This document shows, piece after piece, positions 39,500 to 52,164 of a DNA stretch of 64,000 bases. The position numbers were made by a program, and so were the translations under genes. The notes under the pieces are model-generated. The model was not told the DNA's origin. It saw only the letters and a program-made list of their open reading frames with translations, and made no database searches. Position 1 is the first letter of the stretch. Each line of letters opens with the position of its first letter. This DNA comes from Camelus dromedarius (Eukaryota): positions 101,806,001 to 101,870,000 of the forward strand of contig NC_087436.1 in assembly GCF_036321535.1 (NCBI RefSeq). The letters are read 5' to 3'.

Positions 39500-40333
39500 T
39501 TTTTCAGTGCATAGGTTACTTCTTGCCAGAGCAAGGGCTGTACTTTGTAACCTGGGTTATAATAAGATCCAGCCCTTACTTTTAACCCAGAGGCAATGAA
39601 GATTGCAAGTCACTATTCTGAATTCTCAAGAAAAATCCACAAAGGCACTTTCTCTGTGTAAGCTCTTTGTACAATCCCAAGGAAAAGATGTGCTGCTTTC
39701 TTCAGAAAAGAGGGGAAGAATTACTTTTCCCACTCTAGAGGATTCAGGTGCAGATGAGAGTTCAGAATTCTTAGGCTCACTTATATAGATGCCCCCAGCC
39801 GAGATCTCACCCTCCCAGGCTTTTCCTACCCTTTGACATAGGAAATTTACCAAAGATGGACATAGGAGTGTGCATCAAAGTGTTGCGATTGTTGCTCAAG
39901 GTCTTAAGCTTGATTCACAGTGTCTGTAGGAGAGGTGAGCCTCCTTACAAGCTGCTATAAAGGCCCTGCAGCTTTCACAGCTTGCCCTAAGCTAATAGAT
40001 GTTTTCCTTGGGACCATAATTTTCTTTTTACAAAACTTCAAATGCAGTTATCGAAAAGTCCAGCCATTCAACAATTGTTGTAACTATTTTATTACCCCCA
40101 TACTGTTCAAGCGGCAGAGTCAAAGCATATCCTGCTGCTTTGTGATCCACTGTTTCTCATACCAGTTAAGCACAGGTGGGACCCATAGCATTTATGATGT
40201 ATTACATGCAGGAGAAACAGGAACTCTAATTACTATCAGTAAGTTGGTCCTTCTGGTTAACAGAGTGAGGAGTGATGTAGGTCCAAAAACCCATCCTGGA
40301 TGTCTGCTATTTAGGATCCCTCCAGGTGGCCAC
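39500..40333 (-). mobile_element. ERVL internal relic (ERV3-16A3_I-like leader and gag region)
   Basis: Minus strand tgtgaaagctgcagggcctttatagcagcttgtaaggaggctc. ORF 39626-39853 contains VGKAW...GGIY, a decayed form of the ERVL gag GKEWDPETWDGDIW motif. Confidence 0.7.
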
Positions 40334-40630
40334 TGTCATACTCAGGTTCATCAGAAAGCAGAGTCGGAGGGAGGTTCTGAGGAAGCATAATCCCAAAGAA
40401 ATGGGGCGGGGTGAAGCACAAGAGCAGGAACCAGCAAAAGCCAACTTAAGGAGCCATGGTCAAGATGGCCACAACCAGTTGGGATGACGCTGCTTGATAT
40501 TTTGGGGCTGTTCACAAAAAGGTCATAAAGACTGTGTCTCAAGTGGCCCTCTGGCAGAATTTACCCATCTAATCGCGTTGGTTTGAGAAAGAGCACACAC
40601 GTCCTTAGCAGCTGGTACTTGCTTTCTACC
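40334..40630 (-). mobile_element. ERVL LTR (LTR16/LTR33/LTR41 group), 5' LTR of the adjacent internal relic
   Basis: tgtcatactcaggttcatcagaaagcagag is an antisense LTR 3' end directly abutting the internal leader. Confidence 0.55.
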
Positions 40631-41011
40631 AAGCTAGCCACAACTGTTCTCTTACCGAACATTTTTTTTTTGTAATGTCAACATCAGACAAGGACCCTCT
40701 CTGACCATAACAGAACAAGAGATAAATAAGACCACTACAAAACATACCTAAAGAGCGACAAAAGTAAATATACTCTGCAAGCACAAAAATATGACCAAAC
40801 ATGATCTTCTCTTCATAGCTCCTTTTCCAGTGATAATCCCAGCATGCACTGTTCCTCTGACATTCAAGAAAAAAAAAAGCCAATGAGAAAAGACCGAAAT
40901 ACTAAATCTTCAAGTTGTCTGTGATTTCTAACAGTACTCAATCCAGAGCAACCTATGCATCCTTGAACCTCCCATCAAATCTCTTAACACATGCTCAAAA
41001 TTCTATAGTTA

Positions 41012-41260
41012 ATACGCCATTCATCAGGGTTCTCCAGAGAAATAGAAGCAATAGGATAGATTGTATAGATATAGATATAGATATAGATATAGATATATAG
41101 ATTTAGATAGATAAGGGGAAATTTATTACAACATTGGGCTTACATGACGATGATTCCTGAGAAGCCCCACAACCTGCTGTCTGCAGACCAGAAAACCAGG
41201 GAAGCCAGTGGAATTCATTTCAAGCCCACCTGACAGAGAAGGGAGGACTGATGGTATAAA
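41012..41260 (-). mobile_element. MLT2B/C-like ERVL LTR 3' part with (TAGATA)n
   Basis: tcagggttctccagagaaatagaagcaatagga, (atagat)n, gagaagccccacaacctgctgtctgca...gaaaaccagggaagccagtgg. Confidence 0.85.
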
Positions 41261-42129
41261 TACCATTGTATATGCTATAGGATCAAACTATATACTGAGA
41301 AAACTTTATCAAGATGATGGGGATTAGTTAAAATGACTGCACAGTGAACATTTCAAAATTATGACTATGATATTTAAAATATCTTGTGAACAGGTTAAAT
41401 ACACACATCAAAATACCACTTGTGTACCCATTTTCAAATAAGAAATTTGCTTGTAAGTGTAGGTAAATATACATTCGGAATGGACTCATCTCTCTTCTGA
41501 AGTTCTCTCTACATAATGGAAAAAAATTGAATTTGAGCTGTAAAGAATGCTCTCTAATTCACTACAATAGCCAAGATGGTCCTCAGGAGAAGAGGTGAGC
41601 ATTGAGGTAACTATTTAGGGTTTTATAGATGATAGTAAATAACTGAAGTTGCTCTCCAATGAGATTGGTCGCTAACATACTGTTAAGATTTGTATAGCCC
41701 TGTTGTCCTGTGAGCTCCAGATACTTCACATTTTCCTTCCATATGTTTCCCTTGAGATCTGTGCTGATATTTAAATAAAATAGCTGTCTGGGGATATTTT
41801 TCATTTCTGGGAAAAAACAATAACACTCTTTTAGCCAGGCTTCTTCTGCTCAGGTGGCCATTTACAGAATTCTCCTCCGATGAAAATAGAGAATTAGTTC
41901 CTTTTCTTATTTCAATAAATATAATATTCTCCACTTTCAGTTTTTATCTTTTATAAAATGTTGTAAGACCAGGAATAACAATTTTAAGTGTGCATTGGGG
42001 CTTATTAACATAATATCCTTTTCCATTAATTTCAGAAGAAGACAAATTTTCTTCAGTTTACACCATATAATGGAAATTAAAATCAAATGTAAAAAAATCT
42101 CAGGTTTAAGTCAGATGTTTTACTGTCTT

Positions 42130-42270
42130 TATTCATTCATTCATGTATTCCTTTATTCTCTTAGTAAATATTTATTGAATATTTCTGTACCAGGCACCGT
42201 GCCAGGTACTTGAAAACAGTCGTAAACATGATACACTCAACCCTTGTTCTCATGAGGTTTATAATTTAAT
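42130..42270 (-). mobile_element. L2 3' end
   Basis: attcattcattc...aaatatttattgaat...tgtaccaggcaccgtgccaggtact. Confidence 0.75.
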
Positions 42271-43564
42271 ACCATTTTGCTTAAGAATCTCACAGTAAAT
42301 ATGAGAAAGCCTTTCAGTATTGGAGATGACCTTTAGAAGATACTGAAAGGCAATTTCAATATTGTCTGTGAGCACATAAGTATTTTCTTATGCAGATTTG
42401 GAGAGCAAATCTTACTTATCAAGCAAAACAGGTATTCTCCTTAGATAAAAACAGTAATTTGGTAATAGAAATTCCAAAACAATGTTTCCCTACCATTAGT
42501 ACTTTGGTTTCTCGCTTGGCAAACACTGAAAAGGAATGTGTGCATACAGTTGGAATGCAACTGAAAATAATATGGGTTTCCCTGTGTTTTACAAATCTTG
42601 GTCACCTAATAGTTCATCAAACCCAGAACATCTTTATTTTAGCATTAGCATCACCGTCTGCAAATGGTGCTCGGTGGAAGCTGCAAAATCAGCTGATGGC
42701 AAAAAAAAAAAAGCAAAACCCACCCTCAATATGGTTAATACCAAAAACTGCAAATGAAAGGTTACTTTTCCCTTTCTCATGTTTATGCAACTCCCGATAT
42801 CCTTAATAAATACAGACAATGATGAAGGGCATTTTCTCAGTTAAATTGAAGCACAAGTTTCCAGTCATCAATTAGTGAGATTCTGTGAAGGGAGACTGTT
42901 GTTTAGAAGCAGCAAAGGGATGAATGCGCAAAATGTGGGAGCTGATTCACTGCGGAAGCTAAGTATGAGATTACGTATAGAATGAAATGTGGTCAACAAA
43001 CTACATTAAATCTATTAATAAATGAAGTTCCAAATTTGGATGGTTTAAAACCAGGTAAATAAAAGATAAAATTTGATAATTTGATAATTATCATGTACTT
43101 TTCAGTCTAGTTGGGGTCATATTAAACTTCTTGTGAAAGGTTACTTCCTGTTGTGTCTAACATTAAGTGAAATAACAAACCTAAATGCTGTTTTATACTA
43201 TATTTCTCTGAAAATTAATGCTTCGGAGATGGTAACTATCTGACTCAGTAACTTTTTTCAACTAGTTATCTGTAGGGGTATATTCTGCATATGTGCAGAC
43301 ATTATTAGAGTAATTTTGCAGTGATAATTTTATTAGAAATGTATGTATAGAGATAGAGACAATGAGGTATAGGGAAGAATAAAAGCATGTGAAATCACAA
43401 ATTTATGTTGCAGTATTTTTCACTTATCCATCTTTTCCTTGATTCTTTAATAGCTACCAAATAGCCATATATTTTCTTTTGAAAATACTGTGTTGTAATA
43501 CATATTTAACTTTATGAAACCTATGCATATAATGAAACTAGTGCATGTGCTGGCATATCTTCAA

Positions 43565-43765
43565 TAGAGGCGAGGTCAGTGGTTGCCAGGAATAAGGAGT
43601 GTTGGAAAGCTTTGACTACAAAGCAGCATGAGGGCAACCTTTGAGTGAAGGTATCACCCTGTATCCTGCCTGTGGTGATGACTGTCTGATTCTATGCATT
43701 TCCCTAAGTCTCAACACTGTACGCCTCAGAAAAGCAAATTTTGCTCCATAAAAAATTTTTAAAAT
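43565..43765 (+). mobile_element. L1ME/L1MC 3' end fragment
   Basis: tcagtggttgccagg...ttgactacaaagcagcatgaggg...ctgtatcctg...tgtggtgatg. Confidence 0.7.
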
Positions 43766-44899
43766 GAGTAATATAGATTTAAATGAGTCTATTCTGTAAG
43801 CTCTTTATATAATATGCAAGAATTTTTACAAGATAAAAACTCCATTTTCCACAATCTACTATGTACATTTTATTGAGTTTGTACTTTTGGTTATCCTAAA
43901 CTCATGAACACATACTTTTTACAAAAATTGTTTGAAGAGTTTTATTTTTATATTTCAAATTAATTCTAACCTGTAGTCAATTTTTTAAAATTAACATTTT
44001 AACATATTTTGAGTACTTGGTTTTTCTGAGAAAAGTAGTAATATTTTTTGAGCAATCTTCAATAGAAGAATTAACAAAGTTGACTGATTTTCATATTGCT
44101 AATAATTTTAATCGTCTTCTGTTTGTTGGTACAGAAGCAGTATTCTATGAACTAGAATAGAACTTTCCAGCATTTTGTATAGCATATTACCTAATGTCCA
44201 CTAACATAGGTAAGAAACAAATTCCATAAAGCTTTCCTCATTTTAATAGCACTGTAAGTCACATTCCAAATTTTACCTCTCATATTTTTTTATGTAAATT
44301 TTTTCAACATTATTCATCACTGTGATTTGCCAGTCATTCTGTTTGGTGATAAGGAGATTGAAAGATGAGGAAGAGATGGTCTTGGCTCTTAGATAATATA
44401 GAGGTAGAAGAGGAGATTATAAGAAATCTAGAATGACTACATCCAATGCTTATGGGCCATAAAATATGTCTGAAAGAGGTGGTACAAGAGGTGGAACTAA
44501 GAGTCTTTAAGCTTGCTTTCATATTGACTGAAAAAACACTGTAAAGAGTGAAGAGTCTATACCCATTGTCATTACATGATTAGATATTATATTAAACATT
44601 AAATGTATTATTAAATTAAATGTGAATCTTAAAGGTATCAGAGATGTGTGAGATGAAATCTGCCACCACATCTACTCAAGGAGAATTTTTTCTCCCTCCC
44701 CCAGCCCTTAGGAATAAAGTGACTTTCCTTTGGAATGGAGAGATGGTTTGGCTAATTTATCCCTTCTTCCACTGTTTTCAAAATACAGCACTCAGGGACC
44801 CTGCTCTGCGAAGAAAGTCTCTAATTCGACTTAACATTTGAAAGAAGCACTAATGTTTAATTTCTCACCCCATTACTCCCAAAAGCAGTCAACCTGAAA

Positions 44900-46240
44900 C
44901 CTTTATATTATACTGTGATTAGTTGTTTTGAGTCCTATTTAAGTAATCTTCGTCTACCCCATGGCCACAAAGATTTCCTCCTAGATTTTCTTATTGAAGC
45001 TTTGTAATTGAAAAAGCTTTTATTTTTCTCAGCATTATAAATTAAAATTTATTGCATTTTTTTGGTCTAAAGATCCAAGTTTTTGTTGTTATTTGTTTTT
45101 TATACAGAAATCCAATTGATCTGGCACAATTTATTTATTTACTTCTGAAAACAAACAAAAATAAACTAAAATACCCTAAATATTCTTTCCCTATGGAATT
45201 GCTGTGATGAATCTGCTATATATGAAGTTTGCACATGTATTCTTCTATTTATCAGCTTTCTATTATATTTCAGTAGTCTATACGTCTATCACTATTTCCG
45301 TAACACGCTGTCATAAGATAACTTGTGGGAAATTTTGAAACTATTGATTCAATGCACCCAAGTTTGTTCTTTTCTCCCAGATTCTCTTGAGTAATCCAGG
45401 ATCTTAAAATTATTATAAAAATTTCAGGGGCACATTTTCAATTTCTACAAAAATGTCACTGAGATTGTTTTAGGATTATACTAAATATATAGAACAATAG
45501 TCAGAGAACTGACATCTCAAGAATATTTAGTTTTTTGTTCATAAACATGGTACAGCTCTCCATTAATCTAGATAATTTAAGTTTTTCTCTTTGTATTTTC
45601 AATGTGGAGCTATTGTATATTTTACTTTGATTTCGTTTTTAGTTATCTGTTATTTGGGATGCTATTATAAGTGGTATTTCATAAACCTCATTTCTAGTTT
45701 TTGTTTCTTGCAAATATTTACAGGTTCAATTGATATTTGCATATTGACCTTAATCAGTGACTTTGCTGAGTATGTTTATTAATTCTAATTCTATATATAC
45801 ATATTTATGTAATCTGTGGATAAAGATTATTTTCCTTCTCTCACTGAATCTTTTTAGTGCAGTTGGGGGAGTGGTCCTATCTGAAATTATGGCTTAGGAC
45901 CAACCATTAGTACAATGCCTACTACCAGTGGTGAGAGTGGACATTCTTGCCATGTTTCCAAATTTCAATATTCTTTTAATGTAGTGAATCACACTGATTG
46001 ATCTTCTAATGTTAACCTGAAATAAACCTACTGTAGTCATGATATGCTAACTTTTTATTACATTGTTATTTTCCTCCTAATATTTTGCTTAGTCTTTGTG
46101 TATTTTGAGGATGCTTATAATATCTTTGTGCTTATGTTATAACTTTTTTAAACTTTTAAAGGCCAGAGATAAAGGATCCACCAAAATTATATCTTTTATT
46201 TTCTTACCTTGTTGTATTGGCTAGAACTTGAAGGAAAAAA
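44900..46240 (-). mobile_element. Decayed L1 ORF2 (L1ME-like)
   Basis: atccaattgatctggcacaatttatt, agaactgacatct, ataaacatggtacagctctccatt, gtggtgagagtggacattcttg. Confidence 0.7.
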
Positions 46241-46269
46241 ATGTCATGATGAGGGTAATCTGTCACCAA

Positions 46270-47530
46270 CTTAGGGTGATGTGTGAAAGTAATTAGGCCT
46301 CCTTGCATCATGTAAAGAAACTCTCATCTCCTATAGTCAGTGAACAGAAAAATGTAAAACTTCATCATGAAGTCAGCCAAGCTCCAGAAAAAGTTTAAAT
46401 TCAAAACCTAAGTGAATCTTATATACCTGGGCTGGGACCCTTGTGGGGAAGTAGTGGGCACTGGGACTGGGAATTAGGACACCTGGGTCAAGACACTGGA
46501 ATATCCTGAAATTTCACTTTCTCATAAACCCTGTGGGTTAAGTTTTTTCTTTCACAAATCAGCATTTTCCCCTTCCCTGAAGATGACAGAGAGGTCTCTT
46601 ACTTGTAAGACAACATGTCTACACTGGGAACTATGCCCATCTATACCCTGGAAACTAAACCAACACAAGAGCCAAGTCACAAATCAAACCAGCTATTGAT
46701 CTGCTAGGCTCTATCTGAAAGTTTATGTAGGGTCTAGAGAAGTTGAAGAATAGGCATGGTCCTTGACTTTTTGATTGTGCTGTGTTTAGGGTGTACTGTG
46801 AAATATAAAATTGAGTAAAGAAAGGTTTAGCAACATAGAAAGACTCTCCCTTCTGTAGGATTTAACAGTTTGATAAGAACTCTGGTAGAACTTGTTAAAA
46901 TCTTGCTAAGATGATTCTTTGAAATTTGGAAAAAGCTATCAATATGTGAGTATAGTAAAAATGCAAGAATTGCTGTCACATATTGTGAAGAAGGAAACAA
47001 AAACTTCAGAAAACTGGCTAGAATCCACTGACTAAAGTATAGCCAGGTGTCTAAGAGGATGGACCCTGAATTTCCTACAAATATGTATACCTGAATGATT
47101 TATCTGGTCCTCCAAAGGAATATACAGCTATTAATTAACGTAATAAAATGCAGAAGAAAGAGCAATGTCAAGATATTTTGAGGACCCAGGATCTAAGTTA
47201 TTGATATCAAGGTACTTGAAGTGCCACTGACTCCCATATTACATGGGTGGATGGGTAGTGGCAAAGATGTATAGAGAAGGTAGCAGATGAAGCCCTAGCC
47301 AAATCTGGCTCACAATGGGGCCACTGGGTCAATTGTTACTTTACAGTGATAATTTCCCTCATGTCTGAATGGATATTTGAATGGATATATGTGATAGTTG
47401 GTGGAAAATTTGCATTAATTCCTTGGCCTGTGGTATAAAAAGTAGTATAGCAAGAAGGGTACTGTAGGTGTCATCCCCTACTCCCTGCCACAGTAGCAAA
47501 TAAAACTTGATAGCGTATCTCACAAAGACT
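46270..47530 (+). mobile_element. ERVL internal relic (ERV3-16A3_I-like gag to protease region)
   Basis: gtgtgaaagtaattaggcctccttgcatcatgtaaagaaactctcatctcct, cttgtggggaagtagtggg...ggacacctgggt, ggctcacaatggggccactgggtc. Confidence 0.75.
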
Positions 47531-47534
47531 GGTC

Positions 47535-47900
47535 TGTAACCCATGCTCTGGGAGGATGCTCAAATTTATTCTTCACTCTCCTTTCCCCAGTTGCTGGGAG
47601 TGTTTGGATACTGATGGATGATTTATAGCTTAGTCTCCTGGGAGCTGTCGTCCACCAAAGAGACCTCCGTTTGTCAGGGTTATACCCCCTCCCCAGGTGC
47701 AGCCAATACCACGGCTACTCAGTGAGCCTGGCTGCGCCTCCTCAGTCTGCACAATTATAAAGGGCTATGTTTCTTTGGGGATTAGTTGCAGACTTTGCTG
47801 CAACTGAATCTCAATTTAACCTCATCTACCCAATCTGCACTCCTCTCTCTCATAGGTAATGATCTTCAGTGCCCTTCCTAAGAAACCTCCCAGGTGTCTT
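47535..47900 (+). mobile_element. LTR16-like ERVL LTR (3' LTR of the preceding relic)
   Basis: ccccagttgctgggagtg...tataccccctccccaggtgcagcc...cccaatctgc...cataggtaatgatc...taagaaacctcc. Confidence 0.7.
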
Positions 47901-47939
47901 CCTTCACAGACTCCCTTCCCCATCGTCTTCTGTGACTCC

Positions 47940-48800
47940 ATTTTCAGGTATGACTGTGTCCCACATGGCTCTTATTCTCTCTCTCATTCTTTTATTACCT
48001 TTCTCTCTGTGCTTCTGGTTGGGTAATTTCAATTTACCTGTCTTGGAGTTTAAAATCCTGTTCATTGCTATGTCTGGTCTGTTATTACATCTATAAAAGG
48101 GATTATTAATTTTCAAAAATTATAATTTCTCTCTTCTAGAATGTTTATTTCACTCTTATATGAACAAATTATAATCTCTATAGAATTTCTTCATATTTCT
48201 ACTTTTTATTTCGTTATGGTCTCTGTATTTTGTTTATCATTTTTATGGTCATTTAAAAGTCCTTTTTCTGCTAACTGCAACATCTGAATTATCAGTGTAC
48301 TTCAGTTTTCCTATTCTTGACCAGATTATTTATCTTTTAATACCTGTTTTATGCCTTATAGTACGTGATTGTATGCCATATGCAGATGTTTCAAGTACCT
48401 CTTATTCTAAGGGCTTTATTCCCAAGCATAAGACAGATCTCACTGCTTCTCAGATGCAACATTTCTAAGGTTTAGTTTGTTCACAGTTTTGCTTGAGATC
48501 GTGGCAGATATTTCTCTCCTCTCCTCTGAAAGTTCTGCTTTTCAGAGATATTTAGTTAAGCTTTTTAGTGTCTAACCTCAAATAAGTTCAAAATTTGACA
48601 AACATCCTGAGGGAGAGACCTCTCCCAGGCATGACTTGTCTCCCAAGTATTGGGAGATGGTAAAAGACTTTACCTTTTCATCCCAGTCCTATAGCCTCCT
48701 GTCTTAACAGGTAGTGAGCAAACATCCAAGGAAGGCAAATTGGCAGAAAATGAGAAAACTCCCTGGAAATAACTGTGTCATGACAACTCATGGGGGCTTC
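47940..48800 (-). mobile_element. Old L1 ORF1/5' region, degraded
   Basis: ctctctgtgcttctggttgggtaatttcaatttacctgtctt...ttctagaatgtttattt antisense ORF1 pattern. Confidence 0.6.
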
Positions 48801-49559
48801 AAAAATTATGCTGATTCTTCTTTTCCCTAGCTGAGTATTTTTGCTGATGACAAAAGTGACTTTTAGACCAGGACAAGACTTGGCAAAGAGCCATAAAAGA
48901 AACAATGCTCAACTTAAGCTAAAGGAGGCTCTTCTTTTTCTGAACAGAAACTATCTTGATTTCTGCCAATTTCCGATGGTTTTCATACGTGATTTTAAAA
49001 TGTGTCCCTTTATCTGTGGTGGTGGTAGCAGAAGCGACGTGGTGCTGCTACCTACTATGTCCTACTAGGAAATGGATTCTTCCAGTTGTGCTGTGTATTA
49101 TTTTTGCATTTGATTTATCTTTTGCTACTTGGGCATAGATGTTTAGGATCTAAGTACAGATGGGTATCTCCAGGTAGAATGGCTTTGTCAGAAGTCAATA
49201 GGTTGTATATTTCTATAGACATAGAACTATGTTCAGTATCTTCAACATCACTGGGAGTTTTAATAAAGGTAAAGACTACAGTAAAAGTAGGCAAGCTTCA
49301 AAAGTCAGCACAGTCTTAATATCTTTACATAGCCTACAGCTAGCTTGACTTTGAAGTAAGTAAGCATGGATTATCTAACCAGATCTGGTTGATACAATGA
49401 TTTTCTTTTTCTTATTGATGTATACTTTGATAAAGCAAAATACACTTTTATTAACAAAACAAAATTAATGACAGGACTTACTTTATAACACACTTAATGT
49501 AGTATACCTAAAAATGTATCTTAAGGATAATCTTTGAAGTCTAAAGATTTTTAAAAATA

Positions 49560-51340
49560 GGAATAATTTATACTTTGATATAATAATAATCAACCATAGA
49601 ATCACAACACTATAAAACAATGTGATAAAGTGAGAAGTAAAAAAAAAAAAATTGAAATTGAAGTTAATAAATTTGTTTATATTTAATAAAAATAAATATT
49701 TTATTTATATAAACATAAATATATATAAGTGAAAAATTTAGAGAAGTTGAATAACACAAAAACAGATTATTTTATGACAGTATTAAAGAAATAAAAATTG
49801 AAAATTGGATAAAGAAAATTAAAATTAGAAAACAATTATGCAACATTGGGAAAGAGGAAGTGGAAAACAAAAAATATGCAAAAGTTAAAACAAGATTAAA
49901 AGATGTATTTCCAAATTAACTTTATGATATTGAAAATTTAATGACTAAATTTCTCAGAAAATTCTAGTGCCAAAATTTACCTGAAGAGAGTCAAAAATCT
50001 CAACAGAAGAGTCACTCAGAGAATATTTAAATAAAAAATATATTACATTCTGTTTGTTTTTACATCTAAAATTTAATAAAACTTTACATGCTATATGATT
50101 TCTACATTATTTCTGCAATGACAGATTATAGAAAAAGACTAAAAATTCTCACTCAATTACCACATGAATCTTAATTTCAAAAGTCATAAAGAAAGATGAT
50201 GATAAATACTACACTTAATTGTATCAAAATTTGATAAAAAAAATTTATGAAGCACTTTGATACAAATTATCAGTAATTCTTTGAAAAATAATTTAAAATG
50301 AGAAAATGACTTTAACATAATGACTTCTATTTACCAATAGTTCCAATAAGCAGTAAATAAAAACTTAAATATATGAAATATTGTTTCCATAAAGAATTCA
50401 TTATGTCTCACATAACAAAATATTCAGCATTTTTGTATATTTTAGATATCATAATAAAATGTAACACTTTGTAATATATACATTACATACAAAGATATAC
50501 ACATATATTTGAGAAGAGAGATTAACTTTATTTGAAAATTGTATAAATTATAATCCTTAAATGTGAGAGATTCAACATGAAAGGACTGAAATTTATAAAA
50601 TATTTAATAATTAACATATCTAATTAAAATGAAATTAGAAAAATAAATATACTTTGGAATAAATATATCAAAAAGTAACAAGATCCATGTGAAGAAAATT
50701 GTACTTTTTTATTGAAAGATATAAAATTTTATGAAATATCATAATAAAATAATATTGGGTTAATGTAAAGATAATTATATTTTAGAGACAACTAAAAGTC
50801 ATAAAAATGTCATTTCTTAATTTAAGTATGAATGTAATAAGATTTGAATCAGACATCGTGATAGATGGTTTGCTTTTATAACTAGTGAGTTTAAAGTTCA
50901 TATTAAAGAAAAATGGCTGAAAATTGCCATGAAATAGATTACAAAATATTACAAAAACCTTTACAAAAGAATAGTAATGAGTTCCTTTCCTTCTATGCTA
51001 AAACATATTTAAGAGACTGTTCAGATTATATGCTTTGAGAAATTTCTGATGCCAAAATTTACTTGAGGAGAGTTACGAAACATTAACAAAACATTAACGA
51101 AACATTCACTCAGAGATGAACACTTACAAAAAAATTATACCCAGTTTTTTTATATTAGAAGTTTAACAAACTTTTATAGCTAATTTAGTTCCTATGTTAT
51201 TTCTGCTATTATGGAACAAAAATCAGAAAAAAAAACCCACCTCCTTCAAATATTGTCTGAATCTTAATTCCAAAAGTTGTTAAACAAATTAATGCCATGT
51301 TCTATCATATCAATATTTCAAAAAATACAAAGTTGAGGAA
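49560..51340 (+). mobile_element. Extremely AT-rich decayed L1 ORF2 with internal duplication
   Basis: Collinear ORF2 remnants (ataaatatactttggaataaat, caagatccatgtgaagaaaattgta). 49956-50250 recurs at 51038-51340. Confidence 0.55.
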
Positions 51341-51419
51341 TAAATTTGACACCAGTTATCAGAATTTCCTTTTGCAAAATTTTACGTGAGAAGTTTTAGT
51401 GTTTTATAAGATTTTAACG

Positions 51420-51740
51420 TTATGTAGGAAAGAGGAGAGACCAAGGGCAAGCACCCATAGTGGAATTGTTCACGAGGGTCCCTGTGCTACCACAGAGAGA
51501 CAGAAGTTGTCCAGCAGTGGCAGTGTCACCAGAGTGGGCCTGTCACAGATCTTTATGCTTTCCAGAGACCCAGCACAGTGGGACGAGCACCTGAATGTTT
51601 CCCTGATCCCTGCCTCTTGCCTTAAGATGAGTGGAGAACTCAGTGGAGACAGGGACCATGGACCTATAGCCAGAGGGACTAGGATCCCGCAGAGCATCTG
51701 TGCGGAACCCAGAGATTTATAGTGATCTTGAAGACAAGAG
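51420..51740 (+). mobile_element. Probable MamGypLTR (mammalian Gypsy LTR) fragment
   Basis: ctttccagagacccagcacagtgg...gagcacctgaatgt...aactcagtgga...cagaggg...aggatccc resembles recalled MamGypLTR consensus. Confidence 0.45.
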
Positions 51741-51823
51741 TTCACTCCTCAATGAACGTTTGGTCTCCAGTAAAATCAGAGCCACTTAACCTCTTTAAGT
51801 TTCCCTCCAGAAAATGGGATATT

Positions 51824-52164
51824 TGCTATAGTGTGAATGTCTGTGCTCCCCCAAATGCACATGCTGAAAGCCTGATGCCCAATGCAGGGGTGTTAGGAGG
51901 TTACTAGGTCATGAAGGTGTAGCCTGCATAGATAGGTTAGTTCTCTTATAAAAGAGACCACATGGAGCTTCCTGACTCTACTTCCAACATATGAAGTACA
52001 AGAAGTCTGCAACCCTGAAGAGGGCTCTTCCAGAAGCAACCATGCAGGCATCCTAACCTTCGACCTCTAGTGTCCAAAAGGGTGAGAAATACATTTCTGC
52101 TGTTTTTAAGCCACCAGTCTGTGGTATTTTTTTTTTTAAATTGTAGCCCAAATGGACTACAGCA
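51824..52164 (+). mobile_element. MLT1A solo LTR
   Basis: tgctatagtgtgaatgt...cttataaaagagacc...tctgcaaccctgaagagggc...gtgagaaatacatttctg...taagccaccagtctgtggtatttt. Confidence 0.85.

Noticed and set aside
39920..40390. Longest ORF (156 aa)
   Set aside because: Antisense frame across an ERVL internal relic, with a non-ATG start and no domain
42390..42806. 138-aa ORF
   Set aside because: No recognisable domain, runs through an A12 homopolymer, and has no splice or promoter support
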